The notes below the pieces were generated by a model, which made no database searches, was not told where the DNA came from, and saw nothing but the letters and a program-made list of their open reading frames with translations. Below, piece after piece: positions 12,107-22,257 of a stretch of DNA of 64,000 bases. The position numbers and the translations under genes were made by a program. Positions within the stretch are counted from its first letter, which is position 1. Each line of letters starts with the position of its first letter. Location: NCBI GenBank assembly GCA_018668255.1, contig JABISZ010000073.1:35185-99184 (forward strand). The letters are read 5' to 3'. Source of the stretch: Pseudomonadota bacterium (GTDB taxonomy: Bacteria; Pseudomonadota; Gammaproteobacteria; Ga0077536).

Positions 12107-12733
12107 TTGATGCGTGGTGGTGTTTCTTTGAAAAAAATGAACAGAAAAGAACTGCTGCATAGTCTGCTTCCGCAAACACAGTGCAGACGTTGTGGGTTTG
12201 CTGATTGCGAGTCCTATGCCGACTCTATGAATAGCGGCATTTCCTCACCAAACTTATGCCCTCCTGGCGGAGAGGCTACCCGCGAAGAACTTTTCAGTGC
12301 TTTAGGAATGCCGGTCGATCCCATAGGGCCTATCCATGAAGACGAGGAGATATTGACTGCGCTAATCTATGAAGATGAATGCATCGGATGTACGAAATGC
12401 ATCCAGCAGTGCCCCACTGATTCCATAATTGGCGCACAATCATTTATTCATACTGTGGTTGAACAGTGGTGTACGGGTTGTTCTTTATGCGTTAGCGTTT
12501 GCCCAACAGACTGCATAACGCTTGTTCCTATCTCTGACCCTGAGTTGCGGATTTCGGTTAACGAGAGTGGTGTCCGCTATGTTCAAATGAAAGAACGCTT
12601 AGCCATCCATGGCCATCTTGACGAGCAAAGAGAGTATCTCGATGTTGAAGACCATGAGCCAGGATCTCTAAAAGATATTGTGGCTGCTGCATTAGAGCGT
12701 AAGAGGCAGGCTCTTGAAGAACAGGGAGATTAG
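12107..12733 (+). CDS. RnfB-like 4Fe-4S ferredoxin (no membrane anchor)
   Basis: 208 aa. The N-terminal Cx2CGx3Cx..YA RnfB-type cluster domain is followed by two CxxCxxCxxxCP ferredoxin motifs. It sits immediately upstream of nth, the usual position of the rnf operon in pseudomonads. Confidence 0.65.
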   Translation: MMRGGVSLKKMNRKELLHSLLPQTQCRRCGFADCESYADSMNSGISSPNLCPPGGEATREELFSALGMPVDPIGPIHEDEEILTALIYEDECIGCTKCIQQCPTDSIIGAQSFIHTVVEQWCTGCSLCVSVCPTDCITLVPISDPELRISVNESGVRYVQMKERLAIHGHLDEQREYLDVEDHEPGSLKDIVAAALERKRQALEEQGD

Positions 12734-12756
12734 ATTTTGAGAAGGATTTATGTCTA

Positions 12757-13401
12757 GTGAATGCCGATATGAGGTTTCAATTTTTTGAGCGTTTAAGAAA
12801 TGTAACTCCTATCCCAAAAACTGAGCTTAATTATCAATCTAACTTCCAGCTATTGATTGCTGTCATGCTATCTGCACAAGCTACTGATGTAAGCGTTAAT
12901 AAGGCAACGAAGGCATTGTTCGCCGTGGCTCCTGATGCTAAAAAAATGGTTGCGCTCGAAGAAAAAAATCTCAAAGAATATATTAAAACTATTGGCCTTT
13001 TTAATACCAAAGCGTCTAATGTGTTCAAAACTTGCCGAATACTTTGTGAAGAATATAGTGGAGCAGTCCCGAGGACTCGCAGCGAGTTGGAGGCTCTGCC
13101 TGGGGTGGGTAGGAAAACAGCCAATGTTGTTTTAAATACGGCATTTGGCGAGCCAACTATCGCAGTCGATACTCATATATTTCGTGTGTCTAATCGAACT
13201 AAATTGGCTCCAGGTAAAACGCCACTGCAAGTCGAGAAGAACTTAATGAAGCGTATACCTGCTGGTTTCCACCGTTATGCACATCATTGGTTGATCCTAC
13301 ATGGTCGGTATACGTGTCTGGCGCGCGCGCCAAAATGTGGAGAATGTTTGGTTTCGGACTGCTGTTCTTGGAATAATAAAGGAAAACATAGTGTTATTTA
13401 G
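12757..13401 (+). CDS. nth: Endonuclease III
   Basis: 214 aa with the HhH-GPD motif LPGVGRKTANVVL and the C-terminal Cx6Cx2Cx5C iron-sulfur loop. Confidence 0.95.
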   Translation: MNADMRFQFFERLRNVTPIPKTELNYQSNFQLLIAVMLSAQATDVSVNKATKALFAVAPDAKKMVALEEKNLKEYIKTIGLFNTKASNVFKTCRILCEEYSGAVPRTRSELEALPGVGRKTANVVLNTAFGEPTIAVDTHIFRVSNRTKLAPGKTPLQVEKNLMKRIPAGFHRYAHHWLILHGRYTCLARAPKCGECLVSDCCSWNNKGKHSVI

Positions 13402-13430
13402 CGGAACTTGTGTAACTTTGATAAAAGAAA

Positions 13431-13871
13431 ATGGGATGCATTATGTTTGTTGAAGACAAGAACGATGCTAGGCAATTTTTTTTTCAAGTCTGGGATAAAA
13501 TGTCCCAGCAAGTAAGGCTTGAACCTCTGGAGTTAGTGATTTCCGACATAATAAAAGCGCATCCAGAGTATCACGAGGTGCTTCGATCGAAAGACTTAGA
13601 GTTCTCAGTAGGTTCCAACGATGATGACGGGGCAAGAAATCCGTTTCTTCATATGGGATTGCATATTGCCCTTGTTGAGCAGCTCCAAACGGATCGCCCA
13701 TCTGGAATCCGAGGTGTATTCCAGGAGCTTGTCTCTAAATATGGCAAGGACGTGCATCGAGCTGAACATTCGGCGATGTCATGCTTGGCGGAAGTTCTCC
13801 GAGTAGCTACAGCTGACGGCCATGCGCCTGATGAGCAAGAATATTTGAAGAGTATAAGAAAATTAATTTAA
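13431..13871 (+). CDS. Conserved hypothetical protein (DUF1841-like)
   Basis: 146-aa ORF with no recognisable catalytic motifs. It resembles the small conserved protein often found downstream of nth in gammaproteobacteria; this family call is from memory. Confidence 0.4.
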   Translation: MGCIMFVEDKNDARQFFFQVWDKMSQQVRLEPLELVISDIIKAHPEYHEVLRSKDLEFSVGSNDDDGARNPFLHMGLHIALVEQLQTDRPSGIRGVFQELVSKYGKDVHRAEHSAMSCLAEVLRVATADGHAPDEQEYLKSIRKLI

Positions 13872-14051
13872 CGTTTAGAAGATATGTTTTTTTATGAAAT
13901 TGATGTATTAAGAAAAAATCTCATAACTAGACCCAGAAGGATAAAAACACGAGATTTTCAGCTGAGAAGAGACCTTTAAACACTAGCTTTCTTTTACATA
14001 GTTCACAATGTCGCTTGCAGAAATTAAACTCAGATTTGTTGTTACAAGAGT

Positions 14052-14375
14052 CTATCTCTCTAGTAAAGAAAGTTTCCCTTCTTTCCCCGCCCATTCTTCA
14101 GCGTCAGGAAGAGGGTCAGACATTTCTGTTATAACTGGCCAAGATTTAGCTAGTTCTGCATTTAACTCAATGAATTGTTGTTCATCATCCGTGAGGTCAT
14201 CTTCGGATTTTATTGCTTCTACTGGGCATTCTGGCTCACAGAGGGTGCAATCAATACATTCGTCCGGATCTATTACAAGGAAATTAGGACCTTCATGAAA
14301 ACAGTCAACGGGACACACTTCGACACAATCCGTATGCTTACACTTAATACAATCTTCAAGAACTACAAATGTCAT
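14052..14375 (-). CDS. fdxA: 7Fe ferredoxin (Azotobacter-type FdxA)
   Basis: 107 aa beginning [52 protein letters not shown]. It is adjacent to mutS, as in Pseudomonas. Confidence 0.9.
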   Translation of the reverse strand: MTFVVLEDCIKCKHTDCVEVCPVDCFHEGPNFLVIDPDECIDCTLCEPECPVEAIKSEDDLTDDEQQFIELNAELAKSWPVITEMSDPLPDAEEWAGKEGKLSLLER

Positions 14376-14442
14376 TGGTAAAATCTCGTATTCGATAAAG
14401 TAACTATTATAACCTTGTCAGCACAAACAGCCCAATGGTTTT

Positions 14443-16983
14443 TTATTTACTGATTTTTCTTTTCATCTCCGCAAGCAAAGCAAGGGCTTGTATTGGGGTG
14501 GTATTATTTACGTCTAGCTTCTGGATACTTGATCTGAAGTCTTGGAATTCGTCTGGTGAAGACTCAGTTGAGGGTGGAACTCTGGTGATACTCTGAGGCT
14601 CCAGTGTTGCCAAAATTTGTTTTGCACGAGTGAGCGTTGCCGCTGGCACTCCTGCACGTTTTGCAACGACTAACCCGAAGCTTTCGCTGGCAGAACCTTC
14701 GCGTACTTTGTGGGTAAACATAACGTCGTCGTTGAAAGAAATAGCTTCAACCTTAACGTTAGATATTGCTTCTTCTAATATTTCTAGCTTAGTGAGCTCG
14801 AAAAAATGCGTCGCGAATAAAGTATAGCCTTTAGTATGGTTTGCAAGGTGTTCGGCTGCCGACCATGCGAGGGCTAACCCATCATAAGTACTGGTTCCTC
14901 TTCCGACTTCATCTATCAGAACAAGACTTTTTTGACTACAATTGTTGAGAACATCAGCCAGCTCACTCATTTCGACCATAAATGTGCTCTGGCCACCAGA
15001 TAGATTGTCTGAAGCTCCGATTCGGGTATAGATTGCATCTATAGGCCCAATACTGGCTTCATCAGCGGGGACAAAGCTTCCGACATAGGCAAGAAGAACG
15101 ATAATAGCTGTTTGCCGCATATAGGTAGACTTCCCTCCCATATTGGGCCCTGTAATGAGGAGTAGCCTTCGATCTTCGTTAAAATGAACATCATTTTTCA
15201 CAAATACTTTTTTCTGCTGATGCTCGACTATAGGGTGTCTACCCCCTTCTATAAGGATGCCGTCCTCTGAGTTTAATCTTGGTCGAGTCCATTTGAGTGA
15301 GTCCGCCCGTTCGGCAAAAGTTGATAGCACGTCGATTTCAGCAATGGCACGAGCCATCTGCAACAGACTGGCCACATTTACTGAAATCGTATTTATGAGG
15401 TCAGAGTAAAGCTCTTTTTCCTTGTTTAACGCTTTCTCTTTGGCAGTGAGTATTCGTGACTCAAAGCTTCGTAATTCTAGAGTGACATATCTTTCGGAGG
15501 CTTTAAGCGTCTGTCTTCTCTGGTAGTCCTTAGGAGCCTTGGAGGCATACGCTTTTCCTATCTCTAAATAATATCCATGTACTCGGTTGTAACCAATTTT
15601 CAACCCCCCGATACCGCTTCTTTGTTGCTCTCTTTTTTCAATAGACAACAAGTCTTGGTTTGCTGTTAGATATATTTTTCTGAGTTCGTCTAACTCCGTA
15701 TCATAGCCCTCAGCAATCACGGCGTGCTCTTTTATTATCTGGGGTGGTTCATCTACCAAAGCATTGGCTAATATTTCTTTCAGAGAGGCATGTTCGTTCA
15801 TGCGACCAGTTATTTCTTTGAGCAGATCAGTGTTTTTTTCTGCAAGCTCTTTTTTTACCCGAGGTATTCTTACGAGCGTGGCTCTGAGCGCCGCCAATTC
15901 TTTCGGCTTTACTGTCCCCAGAGAACAACGTGATGCTATTCTTCCTATGTCACGGACGCCGGACAACGTCTTTCTGAGGCAGTCTAAAGAGCCGTTTGAC
16001 AGGAGCTCTGAGACGCTATCTTGTCTCTCAGTTAGTTCTTCATGGTTTGTTATGGGTTCATTTATCCAGCGTTTCAATAAACGGCTTCCCATAGGCGTTT
16101 TTGTTGTATTCATTAAGTTATACAGAGACGGTGTTGAATCTTTTAACCGAGTATTTGCCAGCTCGAGATTGCCTCTCGTTTTGTTATCAAGGCGTAATAG
16201 CCGCCCCGGATGTTCGACAATAATCCTACTGATGTGGGTTAGAGGAGCGCCTTGCATCTTTTCACAATACTCCAACAGCGAGCCACCGGCACTTATTGCT
16301 CCCTCTAAGTCTTGGCAACCGAAGCCGTGTAAATTGTCGACTTCAAAATGGTCGCATAGGCTTTTAAAGCAATTCGTGAGGCTGAAATGCCAAGAAGGCA
16401 AGCGTTTTGTTACACGTTCCCATCCATTTCCGAGAGTAGGCATGTCTTCTGACAATATTATTTCTGAGGCCCCAAGCCTTGATAACTGTTCATATACTTC
16501 TTGTAGATTGTTTAGTTGCATCAGACTAAATCGAGCTTCACTTATTTCTAATACCGCTAGGCCGTAATAACTTTTATCATTAACTAAAGAGATTATTAAG
16601 CTTTCATGTTGCTCCCCCAACAAGTTCTCATCGGACAGTGTCCCGGGAGTGAGAGTTCGACTGACTTTTCTTTCGACAGGCTCTTTGGAGTCGCTAACCC
16701 CACTGACTTGTTCGCAGATTGTCACAGTTTCTCCGAGCTTCAATAGTCGCTGCAGATAGTTATCTGCAGCATGAGCTGGGACTCCTGCCATAGGTATTGG
16801 GCTTCCATTACTTTTTCCCCGAGAGGTTAGGGTGATATTTAACAACTCGGATGCTCGTTTTGCATCCTCGTAGAAAAGCTCGTAAAAATCGCCCATACGA
16901 TAAAACAAGAGGTTGTCAGGGTGGTCGGCTTTAATTCTTAGGTATTGGGCCATTCCTGGTGTATGTTTTGTTGACTTATTCAT
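14443..16983 (-). CDS. mutS: DNA mismatch repair protein MutS
   Basis: The ORF track gives 14443..17064 (873 aa). The conserved MutS N-terminus ([22 protein letters not shown]) begins at an internal Met, so the start is probably near 16983. The Walker [10 protein letters not shown] is present. Confidence 0.93.
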   Translation of the reverse strand: MNKSTKHTPGMAQYLRIKADHPDNLLFYRMGDFYELFYEDAKRASELLNITLTSRGKSNGSPIPMAGVPAHAADNYLQRLLKLGETVTICEQVSGVSDSKEPVERKVSRTLTPGTLSDENLLGEQHESLIISLVNDKSYYGLAVLEISEARFSLMQLNNLQEVYEQLSRLGASEIILSEDMPTLGNGWERVTKRLPSWHFSLTNCFKSLCDHFEVDNLHGFGCQDLEGAISAGGSLLEYCEKMQGAPLTHISRIIVEHPGRLLRLDNKTRGNLELANTRLKDSTPSLYNLMNTTKTPMGSRLLKRWINEPITNHEELTERQDSVSELLSNGSLDCLRKTLSGVRDIGRIASRCSLGTVKPKELAALRATLVRIPRVKKELAEKNTDLLKEITGRMNEHASLKEILANALVDEPPQIIKEHAVIAEGYDTELDELRKIYLTANQDLLSIEKREQQRSGIGGLKIGYNRVHGYYLEIGKAYASKAPKDYQRRQTLKASERYVTLELRSFESRILTAKEKALNKEKELYSDLINTISVNVASLLQMARAIAEIDVLSTFAERADSLKWTRPRLNSEDGILIEGGRHPIVEHQQKKVFVKNDVHFNEDRRLLLITGPNMGGKSTYMRQTAIIVLLAYVGSFVPADEASIGPIDAIYTRIGASDNLSGGQSTFMVEMSELADVLNNCSQKSLVLIDEVGRGTSTYDGLALAWSAAEHLANHTKGYTLFATHFFELTKLEILEEAISNVKVEAISFNDDVMFTHKVREGSASESFGLVVAKRAGVPAATLTRAKQILATLEPQSITRVPPSTESSPDEFQDFRSSIQKLDVNNTTPIQALALLAEMKRKISK

Positions 16984-17219
16984 AACTGTGTTTAGTTTAG
17001 CATTAGAAAATAAGATTGATCGTTTCTTTCTGGTTGCCAGCGTAAGCAGGAGTATTTTTTTCAAGACTAAAACTTGTATAATCAGCTACGGAAGGCCCAG
17101 CATACGAAAATCATAAGAAAATGGCTTCATTTACCTGCCAAGAAAGTTCGCGGCGAGTTGATAGTCACCTAAATAATAAGAAAGCACTAACTGCATTCAC
17201 AAGCTAATAAAGGATTCAC

Positions 17220-19097
17220 ATGGCAACGGAAACACAAAAAGAAGAACGCGGATTTGAGTCGGAAGTACAACAGCTCCTCGACCTAGTCATAAACTCTTTG
17301 TACAGCAATAAGGAAATATTTTTACGCGAGCTTGTGTCAAATTCTTCTGACGCTATTGATAAATTACGCTTTTTATCCTTATCTGACGCTGGTCTTCTAG
17401 AAGGAGACGCCGAGCTTGAGATCACAATTGATTTTAATGAAAAAAAGAAAACAGTCACGATTAAAGATAACGGTGTCGGGATGACCAAAGAAGAAGTTAT
17501 TTCAAATTTGGGTACGATTGCTAAATCTGGAACAAAAGAGTTTTTTGGCGCACTTAGTGGAGATCAAACAAAAGACTCACAACTGATTGGACAATTTGGT
17601 GTTGGTTTTTATGCCGCTTTTATTGTCGCAGATCGTGTAGTGGTGACGACCAGAAAAGCGGGAATTTCTGGAGATGAAGGCGTTCGTTGGGAGTCTGAGG
17701 GCAAAGGGGCGTACACCGTAGAGACGGTCAGTTCGGAGCAACGAGGCACTGAAATTGTTTTACATCTTAAGAAAGAAGCTAAAGAATTCGCAGCTAACCA
17801 CAGACTGAGGAATATCTGCAAAAAATATTCAGATCATATCTCTGTGCCTATAAGAATGCCTTCGGTTGGTGATGAAGAAGGCTACGAAGTTGTCAACGAA
17901 GCTACTGCTATGTGGCAAAAGTCAAAAAGCGAATTAAAAGACGAAGATTACCAGACGTTCTACAAACTCATCTCTCATGATTTCATGGATCCTTTGAAAT
18001 GGATCCATTCAAAAGTAGAAGGCAAGATAGAATACACAACACTATTTTATATTCCTCAAACCGCCCCTTTTGACTTATGGGACAGAGAGGCAAAACACGG
18101 CGTGAAACTATATGTGCAGCGTGTTTTTATTATGGACGATGCGGAAGAATTGTTGCCGCGATATTTGAGATTCGTGAGAGGGGTCATAGACACTAATGAA
18201 CTGCCTCTGAATGTGTCACGAGAAATACTGCAAAAAGATAAGTCGTTAGACAAAATTCGGACTGCTTCTATAAAGAAGATACTGGGGTTAATCGAGCGGC
18301 TAGCAAAAGGTGAATCTTATGTGAAATTCTGGAGCGCATTTGGCAAAGTTCTTAAGGAAGGGATCATTGAGGACACAGTTAATCGGGAGCGGATAGCAAA
18401 GCTTCTGCGGTTTTCCTCGACAATAGATGATAATGAAAACCCAACGGTTTCCTTAAGTGACTATGTTGCTCGAATGGGAGAAGAACAGACCAATATTTAC
18501 TACATTACAACTGAGAGCTTCTCTACCGCTAAGAACAGTCCGCATATTGAATATTTTCGTGGGCAAGGCACTGAGGTGTTGTTGCTGCATGATCAAATCG
18601 ATGAATGGTTGGTTTCTCACTTAACTGAATTTGAAGGTAAAACCCTAAAATCTATTGTGCATGCGGATTTAGAGGGGAAAAATGAAGAGGGAAAAGCAGA
18701 CGAGAATGACGAGGCTAAAGAAATTAGTGAGCACGATGAGTTTTTCGCGAAAATAAAAGAAGCTTTGTCAGAAGAAGTGGAAGATGTTCGTTCGAGTAAG
18801 CGGTTAACAACGTCACCTGCATGCTTGGTTTCTAGCGCAGAGCAACCAAGTGCGAATCTCGAGAGATTATTGCAAGCGGCCGGTCAAGAGGTGCCGAAGA
18901 CCAAGCGGATTCTCGAGCTTAATATGGAGCATCCGGTTATTGCGTTGGCCCAAGAAAACCAAGATTCTGCTGATCTAAAGGACTGGTCTGAAATGTTATA
19001 TGAGCAGTCTATCCTCGCAGAAGGAGGAAAACTAGAAGACCCTTCAGGTTTTATTAAACGAATGAATGAAATGATGTTGAAGCTGTCCGGTGCGTAA
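17220..19097 (+). CDS. htpG: Chaperone HtpG (Hsp90)
   Basis: 625 aa with the GHKL ATPase motifs (ELVSNSSDA.., GQFGVGFYAAF) and full-length Hsp90 architecture. Confidence 0.97.
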   Translation: MATETQKEERGFESEVQQLLDLVINSLYSNKEIFLRELVSNSSDAIDKLRFLSLSDAGLLEGDAELEITIDFNEKKKTVTIKDNGVGMTKEEVISNLGTIAKSGTKEFFGALSGDQTKDSQLIGQFGVGFYAAFIVADRVVVTTRKAGISGDEGVRWESEGKGAYTVETVSSEQRGTEIVLHLKKEAKEFAANHRLRNICKKYSDHISVPIRMPSVGDEEGYEVVNEATAMWQKSKSELKDEDYQTFYKLISHDFMDPLKWIHSKVEGKIEYTTLFYIPQTAPFDLWDREAKHGVKLYVQRVFIMDDAEELLPRYLRFVRGVIDTNELPLNVSREILQKDKSLDKIRTASIKKILGLIERLAKGESYVKFWSAFGKVLKEGIIEDTVNRERIAKLLRFSSTIDDNENPTVSLSDYVARMGEEQTNIYYITTESFSTAKNSPHIEYFRGQGTEVLLLHDQIDEWLVSHLTEFEGKTLKSIVHADLEGKNEEGKADENDEAKEISEHDEFFAKIKEALSEEVEDVRSSKRLTTSPACLVSSAEQPSANLERLLQAAGQEVPKTKRILELNMEHPVIALAQENQDSADLKDWSEMLYEQSILAEGGKLEDPSGFIKRMNEMMLKLSGA

Positions 19098-19099
19098 AA

Positions 19100-19984
19100 T
19101 TGAATGTTTTCGATGTTGTCGCGATGGGAGCCGAACGCTTAGAAGAGGCTGATGTTTACTTTGGGCATGGTACTGATAATGCTAGTGATGAAGCGCTTTT
19201 TTTATCACTCCATGCGCTTGGCTACTCATACGATATGTCAGAAGACCTCCTTAGTGCGGAGCTCAGCGCGGATCAAGTTCTCAAAGTCAGCCAATGGATA
19301 GATAAACGAATCTCTACGCGTAAGCCAGCTGCATACCTCACCGGTTATACTTGGTTTTGTGGGTATAAATTTTTAACTGACGAGAACACATTGGTTCCTC
19401 GGTCGCCATTCGCTGAATTAGTACTCAATTTTTTTGAACCTTGGTGTGTCCCCGATAATATAAAACACGTTTTAGAAGTTGGAACTGGAGGTGGTTGTAT
19501 CGCTATCGCAATAGCGAAGCAATTCAATAACGCCCTTGTTGATGCCAGTGATATCAGCGAGTTGGCATTAGTTGTTGCAAAAAATAATGCTGATTATCAT
19601 AAAGTGGCCAATCAAGTAGAGTTTTATTGTGCTGACTTGTTCCCTGATACGGGAAAAAAGTATGACGTGATTGTTAGCAATCCGCCTTATGTACCGAGAG
19701 ATGTCTACGATGAGCTTCCTGCGGAATACCATGCGGAACCTAAACAAGCTCTATTAGCAGGGCAAGACGGCTTAGATTGTGTGACGCGTATTCTCGACCA
19801 TGCTTACGAGTTTTTATCTGATAAAGGTATGCTTTTCCTCGAAGTAGGGGAGATTTGGCGTGAATTAGAGGTCGCGTACCCTTCGGTTCCATTTACATGG
19901 ATAGAGTTCGCTCGGGGAGGAGAAGGCGTCTTCGTGCTCAGTAAGGAACAACTTATAAGCCTTCGCTCACCTGAGAAAGGTTAG
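19100..19984 (+). CDS. prmB: Ribosomal protein L3 glutamine N5-methyltransferase PrmB
   Basis: 294 aa with GTGGGCIAIAIA SAM-binding and NPPY motifs. The conserved prmB-aroC adjacency is preserved. Confidence 0.8.
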   Translation: MNVFDVVAMGAERLEEADVYFGHGTDNASDEALFLSLHALGYSYDMSEDLLSAELSADQVLKVSQWIDKRISTRKPAAYLTGYTWFCGYKFLTDENTLVPRSPFAELVLNFFEPWCVPDNIKHVLEVGTGGGCIAIAIAKQFNNALVDASDISELALVVAKNNADYHKVANQVEFYCADLFPDTGKKYDVIVSNPPYVPRDVYDELPAEYHAEPKQALLAGQDGLDCVTRILDHAYEFLSDKGMLFLEVGEIWRELEVAYPSVPFTWIEFARGGEGVFVLSKEQLISLRSPEKG

Positions 19985-20032
19985 AATACTTTTATTGGTT
20001 AAATATTTAATTACGCTGGTACAATAAAGGCT

Positions 20033-21103
20033 ATGTCTGGAAATACAAATGGAAAGTTGCTTACGCTAACCACAGCAGGCGAAAGTCATGGTTTGGGGTA
20101 TCTTGGAATCCTGGATGGTTGTCCGCCGGGGCTGCACCTTAGTGAGTCTGATTTACAAGCAGATTTAGATAGACGGAAGCCAGGTGGTTCTAGACACACT
20201 ACTCAGCGCAGGGAAGATGATCGTATCGCTATCATTTCTGGAGTATATGAGGGAGTTACCACAGGCACACCAATTGGTTTGCTAATAAATAATACCGATC
20301 AAAAGTCGAAAGATTATTCTGCGATCGAAGATAAATTTAGACCTGGCCACGCGGATTATACTTACTGGAAAAAGTATGGTGTTCGTGATCCTCGTGGCGG
20401 AGGTAGAGCTTCCGCGCGTGAAACATGCATGCGAGTAGCAGCCGGAGCAGTCGCTAAAAAGTTCCTGAGCAGTAATTATGGCGTCTCTATTTTAGGATAC
20501 TTAGCTCAGTTAGGACCTATTAAACTTAATTTAGACGATAAGAATGCGATCAACAGTAATGATTTCTTTTGCGGACAGCCAGATAAGATCAGTGAGCTAG
20601 AAACGTTTATGGATTCTTTGCGAAAAGAAGGAGAATCTATCGGGGCCAGAGTAGATGTTTTAGCCACGGGTGTTCCTGTAGGGTGGGGTGAGCCTGTTTT
20701 CGATCGATTGGATGCTGATATCGCAAAAGCGATGATGGGGATTAACGCCGTTAAAGGTGTGGAAATTGGTGATGGCTTCGCGGTCATTGAACAAAAAGGA
20801 ACTGGTCATAGGGACGAAATAGATGATCAAGGGTTTAGAAGCAACCATGCAGGTGGAGTTTTAGGAGGCATTTCAAGCGGCCAAGATATTCTGGTTAGCG
20901 TGGCACTCAAGCCAACATCGAGTATCCGGATAGAAGGCGACACTATAGATAAAAAAGGCAACCCTGCAACTATAAAAACGCTAGGACGGCACGACCCTTG
21001 CGTTGGGATACGTGCAGTACCTATTGCTGAGGCCATGCTTGCGCTTGTTCTAATGGACCACTGTTTACGGGATCGCGGTCAGAATCCCGAAAATAGCGTG
21101 TAG
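20033..21103 (+). CDS. aroC: Chorismate synthase
   Basis: 356 aa with typical AroC motifs (GESHG, GGRSSARET-like GGRASARE). Confidence 0.95.
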   Translation: MSGNTNGKLLTLTTAGESHGLGYLGILDGCPPGLHLSESDLQADLDRRKPGGSRHTTQRREDDRIAIISGVYEGVTTGTPIGLLINNTDQKSKDYSAIEDKFRPGHADYTYWKKYGVRDPRGGGRASARETCMRVAAGAVAKKFLSSNYGVSILGYLAQLGPIKLNLDDKNAINSNDFFCGQPDKISELETFMDSLRKEGESIGARVDVLATGVPVGWGEPVFDRLDADIAKAMMGINAVKGVEIGDGFAVIEQKGTGHRDEIDDQGFRSNHAGGVLGGISSGQDILVSVALKPTSSIRIEGDTIDKKGNPATIKTLGRHDPCVGIRAVPIAEAMLALVLMDHCLRDRGQNPENSV

Positions 21104-21171
21104 GCCGTGAATCGAATCAACCTAGTAGTTATGAGGCAATGGTACTCTTCCTTTTCTCTTTCTGAGCTCTT

Positions 21172-22248
21172 ATGAGTCTTCCAGCATCACTTTCTCGGAT
21201 TATAGAGCAAATACTAACCGCCCAAGCTAATAAAAAACCTTTGCGTATCGTAGGTGGAGACACGAAAAAATTCCTTCGCAAGGGAGCTGTTTCCGATAGC
21301 CTGTCGACGCTGGAACACTCTGGAATTGTATCTTATCAACCCTCTGAATTAGTGATTACCGCCAAATCAGGAACAAAGCTATCTGATATTGAATTGGAAT
21401 TAGACAAGAGCGACCAGATGCTTGCTTTTGAACCTCCTAGGTTAGGTTCTCTGACTACGATTGGGGGGGTCGTATCCTCTGGCCTTTCTGGCCCATCCAT
21501 GCCTTACCGTGGGAGCGTCAGGGATCATGTTTTAGGAGTGAAACTCATTACTACCGAAGGTGCTGAACTGCGTTTTGGCGGCGAAGTAATGAAAAACGTA
21601 GCGGGCTATGATATTTCAAGATTAGTGAGCGGGGCATTCGGGAGTTTGGGAGTGATAAGTGAGGTGTCGTTGCGTGCCATACCGAAAGCTACTTCAGAGC
21701 TAAGTCTCGAATGGACTAGTCTATCTTACCCTGAAGCGTGGTCAATGATGTTAGCCTTGGCTAAAAAGCCTTGGCCTATTACGGGTATGGCCTGGACCGA
21801 AGATGTTCTGAGAGTTAGGGTGTCGGGTAGTCTTGAGGCGTTAAATGACGCGAAGAGACGTCTTTCCCCAAGTGAAGTGACAACCGATTTACAATACTGG
21901 AAAAACCTGCGCGATTATTCGTTGCCAGCAATGCGTCCGAGAGAAAATCTTTCACTTTGGCGAATCGCACTAGCTCGTGCAAGTGATGGACCTGATGAAA
22001 AAATAGCATGGTCTGATTGGGGTGGATCCCAGCGTTGGGTTTGGGCTGAGGCCGGGGGGGGCGATGCTATGCGCGACTTCTGCGCAGAAAATGGCGGACA
22101 TGCAACATGTTTTTATAGAGGAGCGAACGAATCTTCCTCAGTTTTCACGGGGCCTTTGCCTTTAGTCAAAAATTTAATGATAAGGCTGAAAAATGGATTT
22201 GATGATCGACAAATATTCAACCCAAGAGAATATTTTGATTGGATGTGA
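21172..22248 (+). CDS. glcE: Glycolate oxidase FAD-binding subunit GlcE
   Basis: 358 aa with a PCMH-type FAD-binding domain. It is followed directly by the GlcF Fe-S subunit. Confidence 0.75.
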   Translation: MSLPASLSRIIEQILTAQANKKPLRIVGGDTKKFLRKGAVSDSLSTLEHSGIVSYQPSELVITAKSGTKLSDIELELDKSDQMLAFEPPRLGSLTTIGGVVSSGLSGPSMPYRGSVRDHVLGVKLITTEGAELRFGGEVMKNVAGYDISRLVSGAFGSLGVISEVSLRAIPKATSELSLEWTSLSYPEAWSMMLALAKKPWPITGMAWTEDVLRVRVSGSLEALNDAKRRLSPSEVTTDLQYWKNLRDYSLPAMRPRENLSLWRIALARASDGPDEKIAWSDWGGSQRWVWAEAGGGDAMRDFCAENGGHATCFYRGANESSSVFTGPLPLVKNLMIRLKNGFDDRQIFNPREYFDWM

Positions 22249-22257
22249 GGAGAAGAT

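Noticed and set aside
14008-14381. 96-aa and 68-aa plus-strand ORFs overlapping fdxA
   Set aside because: They lie on the opposite strand of a strongly conserved ferredoxin gene, so they are spurious.
15764-16567. 267-aa plus-strand ORF inside mutS
   Set aside because: It is antisense to the conserved MutS coding sequence, has no motifs, and is Ser/Arg/Leu-rich shadow-frame composition.
17065-17219. Possible sigma32 heat-shock promoter upstream of htpG (CTTGTAT...CCCAGCAT)
   Set aside because: The match to CTTGAAA-N13-15-CCCCATNT is poor in both sequence and spacing, so I cannot support a call.
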